Part shown: positions 28,700 to 37,974 of the stretch, piece after piece
How the letters are laid out: each line of letters starts with the position of its first letter
How positions within the stretch are numbered: the first letter of the stretch is position 1
Assembly: GCA_013285985.1 (NCBI GenBank)
Contig: JABDGR010000003.1
Span: 1-54,818, forward strand
Direction: 5' to 3'
DNA from: Verrucomicrobiota bacterium
GTDB taxonomy: Bacteria; Verrucomicrobiota; Verrucomicrobiia; Opitutales; JABDGR01
DNA: 54,818 nt
Translations under genes and position numbers: made by a program
The notes under the pieces: generated by a model
The model's input: the letters and a program-made list of their open reading frames with translations, nothing else
Told to the model about the DNA's origin: nothing
Database searches by the model: none

Positions 28700-29416
28700 T
28701 CATCCAAAGAAGGTGCGCTGTGGAGGCGTGCCGTTAAGCCTGTCTATCTCTGCTACGAGGCCGCTCAACTGGTCAAAGCTCTCAACCTGCATGAGTCCGG
28801 GGTAGGAGTCTTGCCGTTTATCACCGGGCGTGCGCGGAGTTTGAAATGGATGAAATTGGCTAATGATTCCGATGATGTAAACGCTCCCGGTTTCAACTTG
28901 CCTGTAATCCATGCGGAAAGCGGGGCCACCACTAACACCGCAAACTCCAGAGCCGTCCACGAGATAAGCGGGGCGGCTGCTCACGGGTCTAGCACTGATA
29001 TGCCCAGTGAAAAAACAAAGTGTGTTGAAATGAGTGACGGGAAACCCCACCCATCCGATACGGTCGCCAGTTGGAATGATTTGATTCCACCCGAGGACTG
29101 GGAGGTCATTCTTCGGGAAGTCGGCGAGTATTTGAGGCTTAATGCTGATTATCGCAGAGTCTCCCGTTGTCGTTGAATAATTTTTGAGAATTGTTCTTTC
29201 ACTTCTCAACAAAGATATGGGTGGAAGGTGGCGGTCATTGGATAGCGTTATTGGAGTGCCATCAATGTCCGCTCGATTTATGACGTGCGCCGCTGTTGCT
29301 ATCAGTGCAACGCCGTCACGATTGCGATAAACAAAGCCCGTTCCGCAATCTGTTTGTGTCTCAATCCTGATAATAATGCTTCCAAAAAACTCGAACATCG
29401 CCCGCTCTATAAACAT
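28700..29416 (-). CDS. Trypsin-like serine protease (IS passenger)
   Basis: CGTGF, ATAAHVI (His), GDSAII (Asp), GVSGGPAF (Ser). ATG overlaps the transposase stop (TGATG). Confidence 0.85.
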   Translation of the reverse strand: MFIERAMFEFFGSIIIRIETQTDCGTGFVYRNRDGVALIATAAHVINRADIDGTPITLSNDRHLPPISLLRSERTILKNYSTTTGDSAIISIKPQILADFPKNDLPVLGWNQIIPTGDRIGWVGFPVTHFNTLCFFTGHISARPVSSRPAYLVDGSGVCGVSGGPAFRMDYRQVETGSVYIIGIISQFHPFQTPRTPGDKRQDSYPGLMQVESFDQLSGLVAEIDRLNGTPPQRTFFG

Positions 29417-30264
29417 CACGCAGCTTTATTCTCGGATTCGGAGTCGAGCAAGCTGATTATATCCTCTAATTCCCAAACGTGGTCTGTGACCCCGGCCTCC
29501 ATCGCTGGCGTGCATCGCAACGTCTGGTGAATTTTGCAAAAATTATAGGTCATGTAAAAGATTGCTAGGCTGTGCTTGTGGTTAGACAGCTTCTTTGAGT
29601 GAGCGTTAGTGAGGCGCGTGAATCGACGGTTGTGCATCCGTAGCGTGAGATTCAACCGCTCCGCATAACTGGTGGAAACTTTTTTCAAATCAGGATTGCC
29701 GCTTATGCGGGATTTCTTTGCGCTTAGGAAAACGGGGGGACTGTAACGCACTTGCTCGTTGATAGGAGCTTGACCGTAATTTTTGACGAGCATCGCATAA
29801 TCCACATTCGCCCCAAACACTTGCTCCATTGCGCCAAGGTAGGCTGAGTGCCCATCGGTTGTGATTTGCGGCCTGACGGCCAAGCGGGAGCGCAATTCCT
29901 CCAAGAAGCGATAAGCCTCCATGCCGTCGCGTTCGCCAACGTGCCAGTGTATCGCAAGGCGTGAATCCGCGCACGTTGCTACCCATGTCCAGACATTCCC
30001 CCATTGATTACGCCGGGCGGTTTCGCTGACGTTCTTTTCCTTGGCTCCGATGAAACTCCATATCTCATCGGCCTCAATGCGAGCGCATTTCAAGCCGCGC
30101 AGGGCCTTGTCCTGATAGGCTTGGCAGGCTTCGCCAAGCTCAACAAAGAGCTTCATTACCGTGGTAATAGAAACGTCGCATAGGCGGCTCGTGGCACGCA
30201 TCCCCATCCCCTCGGAGATACAGGCGAGGATTTGCTTTCTGGTGTTGGCGGGTAGTTGGTTCAT
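29416..30264 (-). CDS. IS1-family transposase (HTH + DDE, single ORF)
   Basis: EGMGMRATSRL HTH; ADEIWSFIGAK, WTWVA, ITTDG, STSYAERLNLTLR, RFTRLTNAHSKK. Confidence 0.92.
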   Translation of the reverse strand: MNQLPANTRKQILACISEGMGMRATSRLCDVSITTVMKLFVELGEACQAYQDKALRGLKCARIEADEIWSFIGAKEKNVSETARRNQWGNVWTWVATCADSRLAIHWHVGERDGMEAYRFLEELRSRLAVRPQITTDGHSAYLGAMEQVFGANVDYAMLVKNYGQAPINEQVRYSPPVFLSAKKSRISGNPDLKKVSTSYAERLNLTLRMHNRRFTRLTNAHSKKLSNHKHSLAIFYMTYNFCKIHQTLRCTPAMEAGVTDHVWELEDIISLLDSESENKAA

Positions 30265-30378
30265 ACCCCTAACATAGCACATTTAGCTTGCTCGTGCAAG
30301 TTAAATTATTGTTGAGTTATTCACAATGTCCCATTGATTGAGCTTGAGCATTAGCCTAAGTGCTAGTATGTTCACTCC

Positions 30379-30873
30379 ATGGGTTTCTTGAGACAAGAGG
30401 TGGATTCTATCCAACTGGCCAATTACATTTTGGCCAAGGTTGGCCCGATGTCTCATTTGAAGCTCCAAAAGCTGATTTATTATACTCAGGCTTGGCATCT
30501 TGCCTATTTTAAAGAACGTTTGATTAAAGATGATTTTCAAGCATGGTTGCATGGGCCTGTTTCGCTGAAAGTTTGGAAAAATTTTAAAAGTAATGAAAAT
30601 CCACTTCTAAATAAAATTGAAGTTGAGCCGCTTGCAGCTCAAAGCGCAAAAGCGCACTTGGCCCATAATCTGACCAAAGACCAACATCAACTAATTGATG
30701 ACGTTCTTAAAGAGTATGGCAACCGCACTTCCTACCATTTGGAGTGCCTTACTCACGCGGAAAAGCCTTGGATGGACGCTAGAAAAGGAGTCGGCATAGC
30801 TGATAAATGCTCGAATGTTATTTCTACTGAAACAATGGCTACGTTCTACCGCACCAAGGCCGTTAAGCAATGA
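30379..30873 (+). CDS. Panacea-domain (DUF4065/SocA-like) antitoxin
   Basis: HLKLQKLIYYTQAW, FQAWLHGPV, LECLTHAEKPW. Confidence 0.92.
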   Translation: MGFLRQEVDSIQLANYILAKVGPMSHLKLQKLIYYTQAWHLAYFKERLIKDDFQAWLHGPVSLKVWKNFKSNENPLLNKIEVEPLAAQSAKAHLAHNLTKDQHQLIDDVLKEYGNRTSYHLECLTHAEKPWMDARKGVGIADKCSNVISTETMATFYRTKAVKQ

Positions 30874-31286
30874 GGTGGGTAAAGTCAGGAGCGCAGCAGA
30901 ATCCGCTTAAAGGGCAGTCGGAAATTCCGGCAACTGTAAGGAAAAAGCCCATATCATTCAATTTTGGGCAATTAGACACTAGGCAGGGTCAAACCCTGGA
31001 TAATTGGAGCAATTCCGGATTGCTTTTGAAAATGGTGACGCGATTCAAAGACCATGGACTAAAACCGATTTACGATTGCTATAACGACAAATTCAAATGC
31101 TACGATAGTTTTCCCGAAACTAAAAAAACTGATTTTAAGCGTCCGTCGCACATCCCCGAAGATGCTATTTGGGCTTCCATGCATTTACAGGGCAAAGAGT
31201 GTGTTATTGGTCATGTTTCACTAGATATATTTTTTGTTGTCTTTTTGGATGCCGAGCATCGGTTTTATATATCCGAAAAGAAATGA
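30870..31286 (+). CDS. Putative toxin partner (RelE-like fold suspected)
   Basis: ATGA overlap with the antitoxin; C-terminal beta-strands VIGHV..IFFVVFLDAEHRF. Confidence 0.7.
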   Translation: MRWVKSGAQQNPLKGQSEIPATVRKKPISFNFGQLDTRQGQTLDNWSNSGLLLKMVTRFKDHGLKPIYDCYNDKFKCYDSFPETKKTDFKRPSHIPEDAIWASMHLQGKECVIGHVSLDIFFVVFLDAEHRFYISEKK

Positions 31287-31289
31287 GAT

Positions 31290-31553
31290 TCATCCCTTCT
31301 TCCCCTTCCACCGATTCTTGCCACCCATCCGCGCAATCTCGCTCCTACGCTTGGCCGATAGACTGGTTGCCCTAGCCTTACCGCCTTTAGCGGCTCCTAG
31401 ACTCGACAGATAGACCGCGCCGGGATTCTTACTCTCGGCAATAGCCTTTTGGAATATCTCGTCTCGTGTTGGCGGCGGCGATGGGTGGCGCGCCTCCATG
31501 CGCTTCATGTGCTCTTGAAACACGCCGTGGGCTGTCTTAATGGGGTCTGGCAT
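31290..31553 (-). CDS. Small basic KGG-motif helical protein, commonly IS1-associated
   Basis: KNPGAV...GAAKGGKARATSLSAKRRSEIARMGGKNRW. Confidence 0.8.
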   Translation of the reverse strand: MPDPIKTAHGVFQEHMKRMEARHPSPPPTRDEIFQKAIAESKNPGAVYLSSLGAAKGGKARATSLSAKRRSEIARMGGKNRWKGKKG

Positions 31554-31682
31554 AATACCGGAAGCCTAGCACAGCTAACCCGAGCAAGCAAGGCTTGACC
31601 TGCCGAGGGTTGTTTTCAAACTGATACAGTACCTGGACTTCCCCCCGTTTGACTTTCCCCTGCTTCGCGCGCATGGTGAGGG

Positions 31683-32342
31683 ATGATGTTGCGGCGCGTC
31701 CAACCGGAATTGCTCGATGGGTTGCCGCCGGACCACCCCGACGCGTTGCACAACCGGCGCGACTTGCGGTTCTTCAACGCCGTCATGGGGAACTTCCGCT
31801 GGTTCGCCCGCACTTTGCGCCAGCACCTGTGCACGGGTGACCGGTTGCTCGAACTCGGCGCGGGCGAAGGCGATCTGGGGCTTTATTTGCGCAAGGCGCT
31901 GTCCGATTACGATTTTTCCTACACGGGATTGGATTTGTGGCCACGGCCCGCGAACTGGCCGGAGCCTTGGGGCTGGCGGCGCGAGGACCTGACCCAATTC
32001 CCCGACTACAGCCAATCCAACATCATCGTCGGCAATCTGATTTTGCACCAGTTTGAAGACGACGTGCTGGCCGAACTCGGCCGCCAGTGGCGCCGAACGG
32101 CGCGTTTGCTCGTTTTCTGCGAACCGTCGCGGCGGCCGCTGCACCTGCGCCAAATGCCGCTCGCGCGCCTCGCGGGCATCAACTACGTCAGCCGGCACGA
32201 TGCGCGCGTCAGCATCGAGGGCGGCTTCCTGAATGCCGACCTGCCGGGCATGCTCGGCGTGGACCTGCTGCCGTGGCGCGTGGAACTCCAGCAGACATTT
32301 TTTGGCGCGTATCGCATGGTGGCGGTGCGAAACGACGCCTGA
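31683..32342 (+). CDS. SAM-dependent methyltransferase-domain protein of the PKS cluster
   Basis: ELLD..., LLELGAGEGDL motif I, NLILHQF, RHDARVSIEGGF. Confidence 0.85.
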   Translation: MMLRRVQPELLDGLPPDHPDALHNRRDLRFFNAVMGNFRWFARTLRQHLCTGDRLLELGAGEGDLGLYLRKALSDYDFSYTGLDLWPRPANWPEPWGWRREDLTQFPDYSQSNIIVGNLILHQFEDDVLAELGRQWRRTARLLVFCEPSRRPLHLRQMPLARLAGINYVSRHDARVSIEGGFLNADLPGMLGVDLLPWRVELQQTFFGAYRMVAVRNDA

Positions 32343-32355
32343 TTGTGATAAGAAG

Positions 32356-32429
32356 TTCACCGCAAAGACGCCAAAGATCCGAAGGAAATAATTTTAAAGT
32401 CTTTGCGCACTTTGCCTCTTTGCGGTGAA
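32356..32429. repeat. REP-like intergenic palindrome
   Basis: TTCACCGCAAAGACGCCAAAG ... CTTTGCCTCTTTGCGGTGAA imperfect IR around an AT-rich loop. Confidence 0.7.
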
Positions 32430-32440
32430 ATCCCCTCCTC

Positions 32441-33487
32441 ATGTCCTCCACCCATCCCATTTCCATCGTCGGCGGCGGCCTGGCCGGTTTGGCCCTGGGG
32501 GCGGCATTGGCGCGCGCGGGAGTCGCGGTTACCTTGTGCGAAGCCGGGCGTCTCCCGCGCCCGCGGGTGTGTGGTGAATTCATCAGCGGACTCAAACCCG
32601 CCACCCTCGCCCGCCTCGGGCTCGCGCCGCATTTGCGCGGCGCGGCGATGAATCGCTCCACGGGCTGGCATGCGGGTGGGCGCCTGCGCTGGGCGGCGGA
32701 ATTGCCCGAAGCTGCGCCGGGGCTTTCGCGCATGACGCTCGAAGCGCGGTTGCTGGAAGACTTCGTGGTCGCGGGCGGTGAACTGCGCCTGAACTTTCGC
32801 GCACCCGACAGTGGCGATGTACCCGGACAGGTTTGGGCCGCCGGACGCCGGGCCGATGCGTCCAGCCCGTGGCTCGGCCTGAAAATCCATTGCCGCAACC
32901 TCGCCCTCGACCATGATTTGGAATTGCACCTTGGCCGCGGCGGCTACGTCGGCGCGGCGCGCATTGAAGACGGCCGCGTGAACATCTGCGGCCTGTTTCG
33001 CGTCCGCCCGGAATTGCGCGGCCCGCGCGAGGAACTGCTGCCCGCCTACATCGCCGCCTGCGGGCTGGACAAATTCGCCGCCCGCATCGCGCAGGGCGAC
33101 CCCGACCCCGCCAGCGCCGCCGCTGTTTCCGGGCTTGATTTCACGCGCACCGGATTCAATGACGACCGCGTTTCGCTCGGCGATCACCTGGCCGCCACCC
33201 CACCCTACACCGGCCACGGCATGGCGCTGGCACTGGAACACGCCGCGGCGGCGCTCAGCCCGCTGGTTGCTTATGCCTCGGGTGGGAAAAATTGGCCGGA
33301 AACAACCCGGGAAATTCGTGCCGCCGTTGCCACACAATCTGGCACCCGCCTGCGCTGGGCGCGGACGTTGCATCCGTGGCTGCTGCATCCGGTCAAGCAA
33401 TCGCTCCTGCTCGCCCTGGCCGACACACGCCTGCTGCCATTTAAATTTCTTTATCAGGCGACTCATGGCGAATCCGTGGCCGCCTGA
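32441..33487 (+). CDS. FAD-dependent oxidoreductase/monooxygenase
   Basis: IVGGGLAG, RVCGEFIS, LGD...PPYTGHGMALAL. Confidence 0.88.
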   Translation: MSSTHPISIVGGGLAGLALGAALARAGVAVTLCEAGRLPRPRVCGEFISGLKPATLARLGLAPHLRGAAMNRSTGWHAGGRLRWAAELPEAAPGLSRMTLEARLLEDFVVAGGELRLNFRAPDSGDVPGQVWAAGRRADASSPWLGLKIHCRNLALDHDLELHLGRGGYVGAARIEDGRVNICGLFRVRPELRGPREELLPAYIAACGLDKFAARIAQGDPDPASAAAVSGLDFTRTGFNDDRVSLGDHLAATPPYTGHGMALALEHAAAALSPLVAYASGGKNWPETTREIRAAVATQSGTRLRWARTLHPWLLHPVKQSLLLALADTRLLPFKFLYQATHGESVAA

Positions 33488-33517
33488 AGAATTTTTTTCT
33501 TTTACTTTTCCCTCACG

Positions 33518-34570
33518 ATGTTTCTCCACGCCCTCGCCAATGTCGTGCCCGACCAACGCCTGACGCAACGCGAGAGTTGGGAAATTTTACGCCGTTCGCC
33601 CGCCGCCCGCCACCTGCGGGCGTCCTCGCACAAGCTCCTCGAAAAAATCCTCACCGGCGACAGCGGCATCGAAACGCGCCACTTCGCGGTGGGCGACCTG
33701 GACCGCATCTTCGACCTCGACGCTGAATCGCTGAACCAAGCTTTTGAACGCGAAGCTCCCGCGCTCGGCGAACGCGCCCTGCGCGCCGCATTGGCCGAAG
33801 CCCGGCTGGCGCCCGGTGATTTGGACGCCTTGGTGATGTGCACCTGCACCGGCTATCTGTGTCCCGGCCTTTCGAGTTTTGTCGCTGAGCGGGCGGGCGT
33901 GCGCCCAGACGCGTTTTTACAGGACATTGTCGGCCAGGGTTGCGGCGCGGCCATACCCTCGCTGCGGAGCATCAGCCACCTGCTGGCGGCGCGGCCGGGC
34001 GCGCGCGTTGCGTTTGTCGCGGTCGAGATTTGTTCGGCGGCATTTTACCTGGATGACGACCCTGGCGTGCTCGTGTCACTGTGCCTGTTTGCCGACGGCG
34101 CCTCGGCCAGCATCTGGAATGGCCACCCCGGCCCGACAAAGTTGCGCTGCGACAACTTTGACACGCTCCACATCCCCGCCGACCGCGAATACATTCGCTT
34201 TGAAAACCGCGGCGGCAAACTGCGCAACAAGCTCGACAAGACCGTACCCGAACGCGCCGCCGCCGCCGTGCGTGCGCTCTTCGACCGCCAAAACGGGACG
34301 GAGGAAAAAATCGGCCACGTCCTCGCCCATGCCGGCGGCAAAAAAGTGCTGGAAGCCGTGGGCACCGCGCTCGACGACCGCTTTGCGCTGGCGGAAAGCG
34401 CGGCGGTGTTGCGCCGCTGCGGCAACATGAGCAGCCCGTCCGTGCTTTTTGCCCTGGGCGAGCATTTGAAAAATAATCCGCCGGTGAAAAAAAACGGCGC
34501 GGAAGATTTGTGGCTCACCTCCTTCGGCGCGGGCTTTTCCGCGCATGCCTGCCGCCTCACGCGCGAATAA
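33518..34570 (+). CDS. Type III polyketide synthase
   Basis: GQGCGAA (Cys), HAGG (His), GNMSSPSVLF (Asn), LFADGA, FGAGF. Confidence 0.93.
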   Translation: MFLHALANVVPDQRLTQRESWEILRRSPAARHLRASSHKLLEKILTGDSGIETRHFAVGDLDRIFDLDAESLNQAFEREAPALGERALRAALAEARLAPGDLDALVMCTCTGYLCPGLSSFVAERAGVRPDAFLQDIVGQGCGAAIPSLRSISHLLAARPGARVAFVAVEICSAAFYLDDDPGVLVSLCLFADGASASIWNGHPGPTKLRCDNFDTLHIPADREYIRFENRGGKLRNKLDKTVPERAAAAVRALFDRQNGTEEKIGHVLAHAGGKKVLEAVGTALDDRFALAESAAVLRRCGNMSSPSVLFALGEHLKNNPPVKKNGAEDLWLTSFGAGFSAHACRLTRE

Positions 34571-34586
34571 AACCGCCCGCGCGCAT

Positions 34587-35762
34587 TTACTGTACTTCCA
34601 GAAACAGCGCGTCCTGCAGGTTTTTCTGCATATAGCGGAAGCTGGCGAGGCCGTAGCCGCGCTCGCCCCATTTTTCGCCGTAGGAGTTTTTGAACAAAAA
34701 CTCGAGGTCATCGAGCTTGCCGGTCTTGGTGCGGTAGCCCACCAGCAGGATCGCGTGGCCGCCATTTTCCTGGCTGGGCTGGGTGTCGAGCAGGACATTA
34801 TCGTCAAAGGCTTTTTGCTCCGGCCATTTTACCCCGGCCACGACCGGCACACCCGCGTCGAGCACCTGGATGATGTTGGCTAGCTGCGCCGCCGGCTCGC
34901 GGCCCGTGATAAAATACCCGTTGGTGGGAATGCGTTTTTTGGCGCGTTCGATAATATCCGGCGCCGGCTCAACGATATGCGGATCGGACATTTTGAACTG
35001 ATAAGGAAGCTCCCCCGCCAGAGCGATGCCGTAGGCCCTGATCGCCTCGGCGACTTCCTCCAGTGCAAACCCAATGTCGAGTGTGGCGTCCTGGTCCTTG
35101 GGTACGGACATACCGGCTTTGCCGAGGACCTTGAGCGTGGCCCAAATCAAGTATTCCTCCGAATACTCCGGCGCCGTGCCGTCGGGCGGGGCGCTCTGGT
35201 ATTCGAGCGCGCTGACCATGGCAAAGATCGCGCAACTCGGGCGCGCGCCCTGGTTTTTCGCGCCGATGCCGAGCTGGTCAAAACGCGGCTGCATGTTGAC
35301 CTCGGCGTAAATTTTCGGCGGCTGGCCAAAGCGTTCCAGAATCTGCTGGGCCGTCAACTGGGGCGGCCGCTTGTCGCCGGGAGCTTCATTGGCTTGAATT
35401 TTTCTTGCGTCGTTGACCGCCTGGCGGCGGGCGTTCTCGGCGGCGGCTCGCGCAGGGCTGTAACCAAGCTTCTTTTGCAAGTCCGCCGGCAAATCGGCCA
35501 GTGGAATGGAGCCAATGCCATCGCGATGCGTGATGACGACCGACACGGGCGTCACCTTCACAATGTGCACGTTGTAGTAAACATCCTTGCCCACGCGCAG
35601 TTCGGCAATCACATCTGACGAAGAACTTTTATCTGTTGCGGCCGGCACGGGCGAAGCCGGCGCGGGCGCGGGCGCCGTCTGGCCAAAAACCATCACGCCC
35701 AACCCCAACGACCAACCATAAACCCATGCAGTCAGGCGCGATGTTTTCCACAATGAATTCAT
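34587..35762 (-). CDS. Secreted C1 (papain-like) cysteine peptidase
   Basis: NQGARPSCAIFA, GGHAILLVGY, KNSYGEKWGERGYG; N-terminal signal-like segment. Confidence 0.9.
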   Translation of the reverse strand: MNSLWKTSRLTAWVYGWSLGLGVMVFGQTAPAPAPASPVPAATDKSSSSDVIAELRVGKDVYYNVHIVKVTPVSVVITHRDGIGSIPLADLPADLQKKLGYSPARAAAENARRQAVNDARKIQANEAPGDKRPPQLTAQQILERFGQPPKIYAEVNMQPRFDQLGIGAKNQGARPSCAIFAMVSALEYQSAPPDGTAPEYSEEYLIWATLKVLGKAGMSVPKDQDATLDIGFALEEVAEAIRAYGIALAGELPYQFKMSDPHIVEPAPDIIERAKKRIPTNGYFITGREPAAQLANIIQVLDAGVPVVAGVKWPEQKAFDDNVLLDTQPSQENGGHAILLVGYRTKTGKLDDLEFLFKNSYGEKWGERGYGLASFRYMQKNLQDALFLEVQ

Positions 35763-35859
35763 GGCTGGGGAAGGGGTAAGGAAAATTCTAGCAGATAATC
35801 CCTGTCGGGAAAACCATTATCCCTACGCCTGATCGGACTCCGAATCGAACCATTAAACA

Positions 35860-36996
35860 TCAGTCCAACGTGCGCCGGAAGCGCTTCACCGCGATCGTCA
35901 TCACCACCAGGAAGAACACGCCGATGGGCCATAATTGCGGCCAGACCTCGGCAAAATCGTTCCCCTTGAGCACAATCCCGCGCAAGATGATCAAAAAGTG
36001 AGACAGCGGCAGTATCGACCCCAAAAATTGCGCCCACTGCGGCATCCCGCGAAACGGGAAAAAGAACCCGGAGAGCAGCATCGAGGGCAAAAAGAAAAAG
36101 AACGCCATTTGCATCGCCTGCAACTGGCTCGTTGCCAGCGTGGAAAACAAAATGCCCATGCCCAGGTTGGCCACGATGAACAGCAGCATGCAAACACCCA
36201 ACAGCGCGTAGCTCCCCACTTCCGGCACCTGAAAGAGGAACCGCGCGGCGGCCAAAATCACGCACGCCTGCACATAGCCCACGGCGATGTAGGGCAGAAT
36301 TTTCCCCAGCATCACCTCCGCCGGGCGCGCGGGCGTCGAGAGCAGGTTTTCCATCGTGCCCCGCTCCTTCTCGCGCACGATGGCCATCGCGGTGATATTG
36401 ACCATGGTCATCGTCAACACAATGCCGAGCAGCGCCGGCACGATGTTTACCTGCGAGCGGCGCTCGGGGTTATACATCAAGTGCAGGCGGAAATCCACGG
36501 GCGGCGCGGGCCCCGACACCGCGGCCAACGGCCCCTGCAATTCGCGCGTCGCCGCCTGTTCGATGAAGTTTTGAATCGCCCCGACGGCGTTGCCCACCGC
36601 GACCGGGTCGGTGGCATCCGCCTGCAACAACACCTGCGGGTGCTGGTTGCGCAGCAGGTCGCGCGTGAAATTTGGCGGAAACGTGATGACAAACTGTGCG
36701 TCGCCCGTCGCCAGCGCCTCCTGCGCTTCCGTCTCGTTCGCCGGCGCGGATGAAATGTCAAAATAGTCCGTGTTGCGCAGCCCCTGGATCACCGCCTGCG
36801 GCACCGGCCCGGTGTCGCCAAACACCACGACCGTCGGCAAATGCTTCGGGTCGGTGTTAATGGCGTAACCGAACATCATGAGCTGCACCAGCGGGATGCC
36901 AAACATCATCCCAAACGTCAACCGGTCGCGGCGCATCTGGATGAACTCCTTGCGCGCCATCGCCCAAAACCGATGGAAGGAAAATCCGTTGAGCAT
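35860..36996 (-). CDS. ABC-2 exporter permease (YbhS/YbhR-like)
   Basis: KEFIQMRRD, REKERGTMENLLSTP, LLSGFFFP. Confidence 0.92.
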   Translation of the reverse strand: MLNGFSFHRFWAMARKEFIQMRRDRLTFGMMFGIPLVQLMMFGYAINTDPKHLPTVVVFGDTGPVPQAVIQGLRNTDYFDISSAPANETEAQEALATGDAQFVITFPPNFTRDLLRNQHPQVLLQADATDPVAVGNAVGAIQNFIEQAATRELQGPLAAVSGPAPPVDFRLHLMYNPERRSQVNIVPALLGIVLTMTMVNITAMAIVREKERGTMENLLSTPARPAEVMLGKILPYIAVGYVQACVILAAARFLFQVPEVGSYALLGVCMLLFIVANLGMGILFSTLATSQLQAMQMAFFFFLPSMLLSGFFFPFRGMPQWAQFLGSILPLSHFLIILRGIVLKGNDFAEVWPQLWPIGVFFLVVMTIAVKRFRRTLD

Positions 36997-37002
36997 GATG
37001 GT

Positions 37003-37974
37003 TCAGGTAAAATTGTCGCGGGACCCGCCCTGGAGATGGATGAAGACGTCTTCGAGCGACGGCTTCGTCGGCGTGGCGGTCACGCCCGGGCCGGCCACCG
37101 CGGCAACGGCGGCTTTTACGGCCTCGGCATCGGATCCGCAGATGTGCAGCGAGCTGCCAAAGGGCACAACCGAGACTTTCGGCCAGCCGTGCAGCGTCAC
37201 CACCAGCTTGCTCGGGTTGTCGGTCTCCAGCCGCCACACGGTCAGCCCGGCGCGATCAATTACTTCGCGCACGGTGCCGCGCGTGAGCAACTTGCCAAAA
37301 GACAAATAGGCGACGCGGTGGCAACGCTCCGCCTCATCCATATAATGCGTGGCAATCAAAATACTGATGCCTTCGGCGGCCAGTTCGTGGATTTGCTCCC
37401 AAAAATCTCGGCGCGCCTTGGGATCCACGCCTGCGGTTGGCTCGTCGAGGAGCAAAAGCCGCGGCTTGTGAATCAGGCTCGCCGCGAGCGCGAGCCGTTG
37501 CTTCCAGCCGCCCGAAAGCGTGCCCGCGAGTTGCTTGCGCCGGGCGGTGAGCCCGAGTTGATCCAGCGACGCCGTCACCGCAGCCCGGCGGTTGGGCAGC
37601 GCGTAAATGCGCGCGACGAAATCCAGGTTCTCCTCGAGGGAAAGGTCCTCATAGTAACTGAATCTCTGCGTCATGTAGCCGACTTCAAGGCGGATACGGT
37701 CAGCCTCCCGCTTTAAATTATAACCCAGGCACGTGCCGTCGCCTTCGTCCGGCGTGAGCAGGCCGCACAGCATGCGCATGAACGTCGTCTTGCCACTGCC
37801 GTTGGGCCCCAGAAAACCACAGACCTCACCGCGCTGCACCTGAAAGTCAATATGATCCACTACGGGCTTGCCACTGTAGCACTTCGTCAACCCATGCACA
37901 TCCACGGCCAGCGCCGCCCCGTTCCCGTTGGGCGCGCGCGGCGGAGACTCGGCGACAGGGGGCGCGGCGGTCAT
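37003..37974 (-). CDS. ABC transporter ATP-binding protein
   Basis: GPNGSGKTT, LSGGWKQR, LLLDEPT, THYMDEA. Confidence 0.95.
   Translation of the reverse strand: MTAAPPVAESPPRAPNGNGAALAVDVHGLTKCYSGKPVVDHIDFQVQRGEVCGFLGPNGSGKTTFMRMLCGLLTPDEGDGTCLGYNLKREADRIRLEVGYMTQRFSYYEDLSLEENLDFVARIYALPNRRAAVTASLDQLGLTARRKQLAGTLSGGWKQRLALAASLIHKPRLLLLDEPTAGVDPKARRDFWEQIHELAAEGISILIATHYMDEAERCHRVAYLSFGKLLTRGTVREVIDRAGLTVWRLETDNPSKLVVTLHGWPKVSVVPFGSSLHICGSDAEAVKAAVAAVAGPGVTATPTKPSLEDVFIHLQGGSRDNFT

Larger units (their letters stand above)
28529..31633 (-). mobile_element. Complete IS1-family transporter element with passenger genes
   Basis: 19-bp IRs GG(C/T)ACTGTATCAGTTTGAA (28529-28547, 31615-31633; 1 mismatch), 8-bp TSD TGGACTTC (28521-28528, 31634-31641), intact DDE transposase. 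Confidence 0.93.

Noticed and set aside
28667-29176. 169-aa plus-strand ORF inside the IS
   Set aside because: Antisense to the protease, which has a clear catalytic triad; no motifs of its own.
28490-31700. Integrase-type island at tRNA-Leu
   Set aside because: No integrase and no tRNA 3' duplicate seen; IRs and TSD explain it as an IS insertion.
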